IMG/VR virus record: IMGVR_UViG_3300018080_000195
Location: 1 to 60,316 of that record
Direction: 5' to 3' (one strand)
Origin: a virus
Taxonomy: Duplodnaviria > Caudoviricetes
Length of the DNA stretch: 60,316 bases
Numbering within the stretch: the first letter of the stretch is position 1; each line of letters begins with the position of its first letter. A model generated the notes under the pieces. The model did no database searches. It had not been told where the DNA came from and saw only the letters and a program-made list of their open reading frames with translations. Below are positions 47,256 to 54,722 of the stretch, piece by piece. The translations under genes were made by a program, and so were the position numbers.

Positions 47256-47477
47256 ATGGGGAGAATCAAAGACTGGGTAAAAAGGAAGGAGGACACGATG
47301 AAGCCAAGAAGCAAGGAAGAACTCAGATCCAAGGACGTGGCACACATCCTCGACATCTCTCCGGATGACGTGATCGACATCGCCCGGAGAGGCCATCTCA
47401 AAGGACGCAAAGACGGACGCTTCTGGAGATTCACGCTCAAGGACGTGAGACAGTATCAGAAGCAGTTCGGGGACTAG
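47256..47477 (+). CDS. excisionase-like HTH (HTH_17 / MerR-type) protein
   Basis: LRSKDVAHILDIS...RRGHLKGRKDGRFWRF; alternative start at 47298. Confidence 0.85.
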   Translation: MGRIKDWVKRKEDTMKPRSKEELRSKDVAHILDISPDDVIDIARRGHLKGRKDGRFWRFTLKDVRQYQKQFGD

Positions 47478-47515
47478 CAGCACGATACTACTTCGGAGGA
47501 AGGAGGTGATATCCA

Positions 47516-47614
47516 GTGAGCCAAAGGGCAGCCCTGGTGCTTACGACTATGTTCCTGATCGTGACGGCACTACTTACGTTCCGCGGCGTAACTATAGGTA
47601 ACGCGGGTGGGTAA
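47516..47614 (+). CDS. 32-aa hydrophobic peptide
   Basis: AGGAGGTG RBS; GTG start; MSQRAALVLTTMFLIVTALLTFRGVTIGNAGG. Confidence 0.6.
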   Translation: MSQRAALVLTTMFLIVTALLTFRGVTIGNAGG

Positions 47615-47634
47615 GTAAGTAAGGAGGGAGTCGT

Positions 47635-47810
47635 TACCTAACTTAATCTGACCAAACACGATACGACGAAACGAAATAGAATAGGAAGGAGGACATCACT
47701 CAACTGGATTGGATCTAACTTTATCCAACTTCACCGGACGGGACAAGAATTTCTCCACTATACATGACGATGCCTAATTAGACAATACAGTACAATACGA
47801 AACAACATGG
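47635..47810 (+). repeat. pentamer-periodic (NAYNN) array A, three units
   Basis: 47635-47684 (10 pentamers), 47692-47746 (11), 47756-47810 (11); 31 of 32 have A then C/T at positions 2-3. Confidence 0.9.
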
Positions 47811-47826
47811 AAAAGGGAGAAGAACA

Positions 47827-48474
47827 ATGCAAGGAATCGCTAAATGCCGATACAATACGAATGTACTTGGAACAGCTCCAGCGAAAGGCTATACCCAAAT
47901 TCTTCTCGACTATATCGAAGGAAGAATGGACAAGGAGTTCCTAACATTCGCACAGCAAGCGGCAAAAAAGAATCAAACGATTGAGAAAGTGGCAACGGAC
48001 ATCCTCAGTCTATTTCACAGAGACAATGACGGCAATATTGTCGTCGGAAGCTGGATGATGAAACGCTGTCTGATCGACACAGGAATGATTTATTTCAAGT
48101 CGAAAGAGCACAAGGAACATCCAATCAAGAAAGTCATTCCTTATCTCGTTCAAGTCGTTGAGCCGTACTACATCAAACTCACAAATGGAAATGGAGAAGC
48201 GATACGGGAGCCCATAGGAGTAGACACATACGCGGTAAACTCCAAAGGTCGGAACTTCTTCAAAGCATATGAGTATCTTCCACCAGGAACGGAGTTTGAG
48301 TTTGAGTTCCATGTAGACGACGAAGTTCTCACGAAAGAAGTCTGTGAATGGTGGGTCCACAAAGCCGGAGTGGTCGGAAACTACGCTTTCCGAGAAAGAT
48401 TCGGAAAATTCGACATTCTCAAACTAGAGATAAGCGGTGGAGAGAAGGAAGAAGAGACTCAAGAAGCCGCTTAA
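47827..48474 (+). CDS. stand-alone RAMP / Cas7-like protein
   Basis: NVLGTAP; FHRDNDGNIVVGSWMMKRCL; YEYLPPGTEFEFEF; Gly-containing C-terminal loop AGVVGNYAFRERFGKFDI. The motif order matches group 7 RAMPs. Confidence 0.7.
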   Translation: MQGIAKCRYNTNVLGTAPAKGYTQILLDYIEGRMDKEFLTFAQQAAKKNQTIEKVATDILSLFHRDNDGNIVVGSWMMKRCLIDTGMIYFKSKEHKEHPIKKVIPYLVQVVEPYYIKLTNGNGEAIREPIGVDTYAVNSKGRNFFKAYEYLPPGTEFEFEFHVDDEVLTKEVCEWWVHKAGVVGNYAFRERFGKFDILKLEISGGEKEEETQEAA

Positions 48475-48619
48475 ATCTAATTGTATTGAACGCAACGAGA
48501 CGAGACTCGATGCCACACCATGACAATACCCTACGCTGCCCTACTCGAAAATACGGAACGGTACGTGACAACAATACCCAACGAAACAAGACGAGTCGTG
48601 ACAGCATCTAACAAAACAG
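48474..48619 (+). repeat. pentamer-periodic (NAYNN) array B, three units separated by CAATACCC
   Basis: 48474-48523 (10), 48532-48571 (8), 48580-48619 (8); linker CAATACCC at 48524-48531 and 48572-48579. Confidence 0.9.
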
Positions 48620-48634
48620 AGAAGGAGAAAAAAC

Positions 48635-48913
48635 ATGGAAGAAATCAAAGTCGAAAAAGTAATGAATCGAAAGAAGATTGCAGACGCAATCCACGGCTCC
48701 ATCGACGCAGGACTCAAGCTTCTCGACAAAGAAGAAGTCAGCAGAGAAGACATGCTTAGGGTCAACGTCATGCGGGCCCTCGCAACGAACATCAATGCAG
48801 GAGTAGCAATGATTCAACAGGAAACGAGTCAGGAAAGACTGACTCTTGTTCAAGAGAGAATGAAACAGTTAGGGTATCCTGTCGCCGCACAAATAGGAGG
48901 AAAGACGGAGTAA
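48635..48913 (+). CDS. 92-aa helical hypothetical protein between arrays B and C
   Basis: AAGGAG RBS; predicted all-helical. Confidence 0.75.
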   Translation: MEEIKVEKVMNRKKIADAIHGSIDAGLKLLDKEEVSREDMLRVNVMRALATNINAGVAMIQQETSQERLTLVQERMKQLGYPVAAQIGGKTE

Positions 48914-48914
48914 G

Positions 48915-49193
48915 TACAGCACCACTGGACGTAACGAAACACCACCTGACAGAGTAGGACCATACCTTACGTTACTTCATATCTTTGCCTGATTCTGATG
49001 AACTGTACTCGACACAGCACCAGACATCTCCATGCGGTATATAACGGTACCCTAGTAGCATCAAACCATTACGCTACAATACAGTATTTAACCTAACATA
49101 ACAGTACTCGAATTAGTCAGCGGTACGGTACAATACTATACATTACAACACAGTACAAGATAAAATTCTACGGTACAAGACGATACGCTACTT
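48915..49193 (+). repeat. pentamer-periodic (NAYNN) array C
   Basis: 48928-48982 (10 of 11), a degenerate middle, 49070-49109 (8 of 8), 49124-49193 (14 of 14). Confidence 0.9.
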
Positions 49194-49202
49194 GGCCCTA
49201 TT

Positions 49203-50126
49203 ATGAACCTCCATCTCTTCGACATCTGTAAGTATCTTGACTCAGTAGGGGTCCCATACTCCACGGAGAGCAAGCACACAACGGACGATTGGATCAACTT
49301 ACAGTGTCCGTTCTGCCCAGGAGGGGACCCCTCCGATCATCTTGGAATTCATCTCGACAAGAAGAGCATGAACTGTTGGAGATGTGGAACGACCGGAACA
49401 GCAATCAAGCTGATCATGAAGCTTGAGAGAATTGGACTACAGCAAGCGTTAGCAAAAATTGCTAGTCAGACATCGCACAGAAAGGACATAACGCAAAAAT
49501 GGAGCACTCTCGTAAGCGAGAGACGTATTTCCTACATGAGCATCGAGCTTCCAAAGGAGTCTCAGAACACTCTGCTCGACGCTCATCGCAGTTTTCTCGA
49601 AGAGAGACGATTCGATCCAGACCGCATATTCTCCAAGTATGATCTCCGATGCGTCCAACATTCCGTCAAGTGGAAGCACAGACTGATTATCCCGATCAAG
49701 AGACATAGCAAACTTGTAAGCTGGACTAGCAGAGACGTGACTGGAGAATCACATCTCAAGTACAAGACTGCTTCGAATGAGGAGAGCATCGTTCCGGCAA
49801 AGGAGACACTCTACAACTTGGACAGCGTAAAGGACACGGTGATCATCACGGAAGGACCGCTTGACGTATGGAGAATAGGAGACGGAGCAGTCTGCACTTA
49901 CGGCACACAGTACACGAAGACCCAGCTTCTATTGCTCTCAAAGATGAGGAGAGCGTTCGTACTTTTCGACTCAGACGCGGAAAATCCGGCAAAAAATTTA
50001 GGCGCGGATTTGGGATTGTTCGTGAATCAAACCGAGATTTTGTTTTTAGAACAAGGAGATCCTGCGGACATGTCGGAGGATGATGTCCATCATCTCCGGA
50101 GAGAAATCTTCGGAAAGATTTTTTAA
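49203..50126 (+). CDS. DNA primase (Zn finger plus TOPRIM)
   Basis: CPFC...H...NCWRCG; RLIIPI; IITEGPLD; FDSDA; DPAD. Confidence 0.92.
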   Translation: MNLHLFDICKYLDSVGVPYSTESKHTTDDWINLQCPFCPGGDPSDHLGIHLDKKSMNCWRCGTTGTAIKLIMKLERIGLQQALAKIASQTSHRKDITQKWSTLVSERRISYMSIELPKESQNTLLDAHRSFLEERRFDPDRIFSKYDLRCVQHSVKWKHRLIIPIKRHSKLVSWTSRDVTGESHLKYKTASNEESIVPAKETLYNLDSVKDTVIITEGPLDVWRIGDGAVCTYGTQYTKTQLLLLSKMRRAFVLFDSDAENPAKNLGADLGLFVNQTEILFLEQGDPADMSEDDVHHLRREIFGKIF

Positions 50127-50135
50127 TACCTGTTC

Positions 50136-50164
50136 TTGACATGATTTTGTGCTTGTGATATGTT
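50136..50164 (+). promoter_or_regulatory. sigma70-like promoter with extended -10
   Basis: TTGACA-N17-TATGTT, preceded by TGn. Confidence 0.6.
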
Positions 50165-50212
50165 CGTTAGCCTCTCCAAAAAACGCTTTCCGTGAAGGAG
50201 CAAAGCGTTCCG

Positions 50213-51451
50213 ATGCAAGAGTGGCACTCTGATCTCATAATCCCTAATGAGATTGTTTCCGAGCGCAGCTTGGATCTCACTGACAAATTCCTCATTGGAA
50301 TCATCCGAACGGTACCTGAGATATCTGTTGAGCAGATAGTCGGAGTGCTTGGAGATAAGCTTCCGAAGCAGGAAATCTCCAAGAGACTCAAGAACTTAGC
50401 AGCTTTAAGGTACATAGTTGAGGAGAAAAACGGAAGCGGTTACACTATATTCAAGATCAAGAATATTTTGACTCTTAATATTAAGAGTCAAAAGAGTCAA
50501 ACAATTCAAGATCAAGAAAATAGTGTGCCGGAGAAAAAACGCATCATTTCGCGTCGAAAATTGGACCAGAATCCGAATGCACTAATATACTCTGAAAGAG
50601 TATATAAAGAAAAAAATAATAGTATGATAGAAAATAGTGTATCTACTCCGTTAGGAGTAGATACACTAGACGATCCTGAACAGGCAAACAAAAAGTTCAT
50701 TCCTTCAATTGTCCAACCTTTCCTTGATGTATGGTTCATTCATGATCTTTACATCTCCGGAGACGGAACGAAAGCATTTGCTGAAGACATTGAAGCATTG
50801 AAGAAGTTAATCACTGGCAGATTCTTCTCAACTTCCTCCGGACGAAATGTTCCTTTCCAATATCTTGATAGGAAGTTTACGCTCGAAGAGTGGACTCATG
50901 CTGTCAAGACAATGCACAAGATAGCGTTCGATCCAAGCTATCGTCCTGCAAACAAATCAAAGTTGCAGAAGATGAGAATCAAATCGTTCCTCTACAACGA
51001 GTATACGAACTTCCAGACTAAGGAGAGAACGAATAGCACTTTCCTATTGTGCTTAGAGAACAGAGTACTTTTCCCGAAGTCCGGAAGGAGTAAGTTTTCT
51101 CCGGAGGAGGACTTGCATCCAAATATGACAGCGAGACTCATTCACTTGTTCGCAGAGTACAGAAAGGAGGTGCGTGGACAGTACGAATACAAGCCGAGCG
51201 ATGAGGAAATGGACAGATTCAAAATGGCAAGCAGTAGGATCTCCAAGTTTTTCGATGATAGACAGAAGGACATCATAGATTATCACAATGCGTTCAGTGT
51301 ACAAAATGCAAAGACGGACTTCACATGGGCCGCAGTCCTTCACGACATCAAGAACTCGGACTTCGAACTCACTCCAGGGTTCCTCTGCTCCGATACGACT
51401 TTTGAGAAGAGATTGCCGAACTATCTCACATTCAAGAGAATGATGCGATGA
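50213..51451 (+). CDS. putative replication initiator (N-terminal wHTH)
   Basis: IPNEIVSERSLDLTDKFL...ISKRLKNLAALRYI; AT-rich linker; lies between primase and helicase. Confidence 0.55.
   Translation: MQEWHSDLIIPNEIVSERSLDLTDKFLIGIIRTVPEISVEQIVGVLGDKLPKQEISKRLKNLAALRYIVEEKNGSGYTIFKIKNILTLNIKSQKSQTIQDQENSVPEKKRIISRRKLDQNPNALIYSERVYKEKNNSMIENSVSTPLGVDTLDDPEQANKKFIPSIVQPFLDVWFIHDLYISGDGTKAFAEDIEALKKLITGRFFSTSSGRNVPFQYLDRKFTLEEWTHAVKTMHKIAFDPSYRPANKSKLQKMRIKSFLYNEYTNFQTKERTNSTFLLCLENRVLFPKSGRSKFSPEEDLHPNMTARLIHLFAEYRKEVRGQYEYKPSDEEMDRFKMASSRISKFFDDRQKDIIDYHNAFSVQNAKTDFTWAAVLHDIKNSDFELTPGFLCSDTTFEKRLPNYLTFKRMMR
50466..50668. other. candidate replication origin inside the initiator gene
   Basis: 28-bp perfect palindrome 50466-50493, 9-bp stem 50585-50605, 15-bp stem 50635-50668; AT-rich. 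Confidence 0.5.
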
Positions 51452-51460
51452 TACGCACAG

Positions 51461-53023
51461 ATGACGGACGGAATAATGTCAGCATTGAAGAGACGAAGGA
51501 TCGACTCGACTGTCGAGAAGCGCATTGTTACTGGAATGATCGTTTCAAAGAGGTTTTTGCAGGAAGTCCAACCGCTAATCAATCTGGACTACTTCGAGAA
51601 CGACTTCACACGCACAGTCGCGGACTGGGCTCTCCAATACTTCCTCCACTATGACGACTCCTCAAAGGAGCACATAGGGGACATCTACACCCGTGAATCA
51701 GCAAAGCTAAAGGAAGAAGACGCAGAACTCATATCCAAGTTCCTGACTGACATCTCTTCGAAGTATGAGCAGGACTCGGAGATCAACGTAGACTATCTGC
51801 TTGATCAGACGATGGACTACTTCAAGAAGCGGGAGCTTGAGATAACCTCTTCGAACATCCAGTACTTGCTTGACAATAACCAGATAGAGCAAGCGGAAGA
51901 TCAGATCATCCGGTTCAGCAAGATCTCCCGTCTCACGTCTAGCTGGATCAATCCTTTCGAACTTGAACACGTTGACGAAGTATTCGAGAAGGACGAAGTT
52001 CCATTCCTCCGCTTTCCAGGCAGACTCGGACGCTATCTCGGAACATTCGAACGCGGTTGGCTCGTCGGAATCTCCGCTACGTTCAAGAAAGGAAAGACGT
52101 GGATGCTCCAAGAGTTCGCAGTCCTCGGCATCCGCAGGAGACTCAAAGTAGCGTTCTTCAGCTTGGAGATGCCGCAGAAGAAGATGAATGAGCGTATCTA
52201 CAAGCGACTGATAGGAGCAGCAACAAAGGATGATGAAAGGGACGACGATCTGTACCCTGTGTTTGATTGTAATCTGAATCAGTTGAACACTTGTGAGAAT
52301 ACGGACAGGACGAACAACGTAAGACTGTTGCTGGAGGATGGAAATAAGCCGGAGTATGGAAGAGCTAGGATGTACAGGACGTGTACACTTTGCAGAGGAA
52401 ACTTGGACAGCGACTATCAACCCGCGTTCTGGCTCCAAGAGATCAAACACAAGGATGAGGACAAGAAGTATAAGCTCCCCCTGTGGGACCGCAGGACAGT
52501 ACGAAAGAAGATCACTAGCTATGGAGAGAACTTCTCACATCTGCTGCGGATGAAAACGTACCCGAGATTCTCTGCTAACATAAGAGACATAGAACGGGAT
52601 CTCGATATCCTACAGCAGACGGAAGAGTTTGTGCCGGACATTATCATCATAGATTACGCGGACATATTGAAGCCGGAGCATGAAGGACAGAAAGGAGTTG
52701 AAAAAGAGGATGAGACATGGATGAGACTGTCTCAGCTAGGAGGAACGCGACATGCGCTAGTCGTTACAGCTACACAATTGAGAAAGTCCGCTCTGAAGAA
52801 AGGACAAGTCGATCAATCCGACACGGCACTCTGGGTCGGAAAGCTTGCCCATGTGGATGCAATGTTGACTTTAAATCAAACTGAGGACGAAAAGAAATGC
52901 AGAGTTTCAAGAGTCGGTATTATGGTCCATCGCTACGAAGAGTTTTCGGAAGAAAGCTCTTGCTACATCTTGCAAAAACTCAGAAGAGGACAGTTCAATC
53001 TGGACTCAGAAATTCGACGTTAG
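51461..53023 (+). CDS. DnaB-like replicative helicase
   Basis: ATFKKGKT, FFSLEM, IIIDYADIL, VTATQ; Cys-rich insert. Start may be 51476. Confidence 0.9.
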   Translation: MTDGIMSALKRRRIDSTVEKRIVTGMIVSKRFLQEVQPLINLDYFENDFTRTVADWALQYFLHYDDSSKEHIGDIYTRESAKLKEEDAELISKFLTDISSKYEQDSEINVDYLLDQTMDYFKKRELEITSSNIQYLLDNNQIEQAEDQIIRFSKISRLTSSWINPFELEHVDEVFEKDEVPFLRFPGRLGRYLGTFERGWLVGISATFKKGKTWMLQEFAVLGIRRRLKVAFFSLEMPQKKMNERIYKRLIGAATKDDERDDDLYPVFDCNLNQLNTCENTDRTNNVRLLLEDGNKPEYGRARMYRTCTLCRGNLDSDYQPAFWLQEIKHKDEDKKYKLPLWDRRTVRKKITSYGENFSHLLRMKTYPRFSANIRDIERDLDILQQTEEFVPDIIIIDYADILKPEHEGQKGVEKEDETWMRLSQLGGTRHALVVTATQLRKSALKKGQVDQSDTALWVGKLAHVDAMLTLNQTEDEKKCRVSRVGIMVHRYEEFSEESSCYILQKLRRGQFNLDSEIRR

Positions 53024-53151
53024 TTCAGCTACTTACATTCCTCTCAAATAATTTTCCGGATAATTTCATTTTTCGCTTGACAGCATATCCTTTGGCGATG
53101 TATGAAGCACTATTCGCTGGATCATCTTTTAACCTAAGAGAGGAGAGTAAG

Positions 53152-53727
53152 ATGAAGCCGATTGATGAAATCAACATGGACAAACTGATCGAGTGCTGCA
53201 AGCAAGTCAACGAGGTATCCGATGACAAGATAGAAGTCGTTGGGACCTCCACTCCGGACTTGATCAAAGCATTCACACTGCGCCTTGAGAGCATGACGGA
53301 TGAGCAGCAGGACAAGGTGCAGGAAGCCGTCGCGTTCTACAACGATCTGTACGCTGACGAGCAAGTGACAGATCCTCCACCTCCTCCTCCGGACGAAAAG
53401 AAGGAAGAGAAACAGAAGAGTGATCCTGTGAAGAGGAACGTAGCGACTACGAAGAAGAAGAAGGAGAAACCCGCAGCGAAGAAGAAGAAGAAGGAGAAAG
53501 AGCCCGCAGAGAAGAAACCCCCGAAAGAGAAGGACGAGTTCGGCTACACTGTCGGAACGCTGAACAACAAGTTCATGCAAGCGATCAAGCAGAAGCCGAT
53601 GACGATGAAGGAAGTCAAGGACGAAGCGTGGAACGAGAAGAGCGTCACGTTCTACGAGATCTTCAAGAAGGAGCGGGTAGCCGGAAGAGCGTTCAAGGAC
53701 AAAGATGGAAAGATGTCTGTGCGATGA
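53152..53727 (+). CDS. Lys-rich FG...WN...TxY family protein (paralog 3)
   Basis: KDEFGYTVGT...KPMTMKEVKDEAWNEKSVTFYE; TTGACA at 53077-53082 upstream. Confidence 0.75.
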   Translation: MKPIDEINMDKLIECCKQVNEVSDDKIEVVGTSTPDLIKAFTLRLESMTDEQQDKVQEAVAFYNDLYADEQVTDPPPPPPDEKKEEKQKSDPVKRNVATTKKKKEKPAAKKKKKEKEPAEKKPPKEKDEFGYTVGTLNNKFMQAIKQKPMTMKEVKDEAWNEKSVTFYEIFKKERVAGRAFKDKDGKMSVR

Positions 53728-54722
53728 TCGAGACGAAGGAGTACCCTCCGAGAGAGTATCTGTTTCCAGAGGAAAAGGAAATAGACGAGACAGCTAAGGG
53801 GTTGACCTTCGACGCACTGAAGAAGAGTCATGATCGTAGAAGCAATCTCATAGACAAACTCGGCTACGTTCCTACTTCCATCTTCAAGCGAGACAGCAAG
53901 GAACAATTGTATCTCACACAAGATACGTTCATTGAAGAGAGAGGGGGTGGTTACGAGAAGCACAACAAGGAAATGAAGGGGGACCTTCGCAGCTTGGACA
54001 GAGACAAAAACGAATTTCTGCTTGTCAATACTGGATTGCGGATACAAGGCCGGAAAGGGTACTTATCACGTTTTCCTCAGAATGTCGGACGCATCCTGAT
54101 TGAAGTCCATTGTCCAGAGCAAGGAACGATCTACGATCCATTCGCAGGTCACAACAGCAGGATGCAGTTAGCGTATCGTTGCAAACGCAACTACATCGGA
54201 GTGGACATCTGCGCTGAGTACATGAAACTCAATCGGGAACTCCGACAGAAACTCCTCGAAAGACCGGTCTTCGAAGGAGAGTACAAGCCGACACTTGAGT
54301 TGATCGAAGGAAGTTCCGCGAAAGTGGATCTTCCAGACAACTGGGCAGACTTTACGATCACATCCCCACCTTACTGGGATCTGGAGTATTACGGACCAGA
54401 GGAAGAGCAACTTGGATTGGACAAAACGTATGAGGAATTCCTTGAAGCTTTGTATCCGCATATTGTTGAGAACGAGAGAGTGCTGAAGCCCGGAGCGTTC
54501 TGCATCTGGTGCATCAATGACTTCCGGAAGGACAAGAAGTATCACCCGTACCACATAGACTTGTACAAGCTGTTCGAAGTCGCAGGATTCGAAGCGTTCA
54601 ACATCTACATCATTGATCTCGTCAGCGTTGTGCAAGCGTCCTTTGTGCGGGACATAGTGGATCACAAAATCATTCCAAAACAACACGAATATGTACTCGT
54701 ATTCCGAAAGAGAGGAGTGTGA
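53724..54722 (+). CDS. N4/N6 DNA methyltransferase
   Basis: IYDPFAG, YIGVDI, TSPPYWDLEYY, HEYVLVFRK. Confidence 0.9.
   Translation: MIETKEYPPREYLFPEEKEIDETAKGLTFDALKKSHDRRSNLIDKLGYVPTSIFKRDSKEQLYLTQDTFIEERGGGYEKHNKEMKGDLRSLDRDKNEFLLVNTGLRIQGRKGYLSRFPQNVGRILIEVHCPEQGTIYDPFAGHNSRMQLAYRCKRNYIGVDICAEYMKLNRELRQKLLERPVFEGEYKPTLELIEGSSAKVDLPDNWADFTITSPPYWDLEYYGPEEEQLGLDKTYEEFLEALYPHIVENERVLKPGAFCIWCINDFRKDKKYHPYHIDLYKLFEVAGFEAFNIYIIDLVSVVQASFVRDIVDHKIIPKQHEYVLVFRKRGV

Noticed and set aside
47256-47477. Integration module implied by the excisionase-like HTH
   Set aside because: No integrase or att site is visible in the window; such HTH proteins are often plain regulators.
48348-48759. Track ORFs over array B (48348..48611, 48419..48607, 48520..48759, 48541..48795)
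   Set aside because: They have no RBS, overlap real genes, and show the Thr/Arg/Asn-rich composition expected from translating a period-5 tract.
47635-49193. Canonical CRISPR array next to the Cas7-like gene
   Set aside because: There are no 25-40 bp identical repeats with spacers; the only constants are AY every 5 nt and an 8-nt linker.
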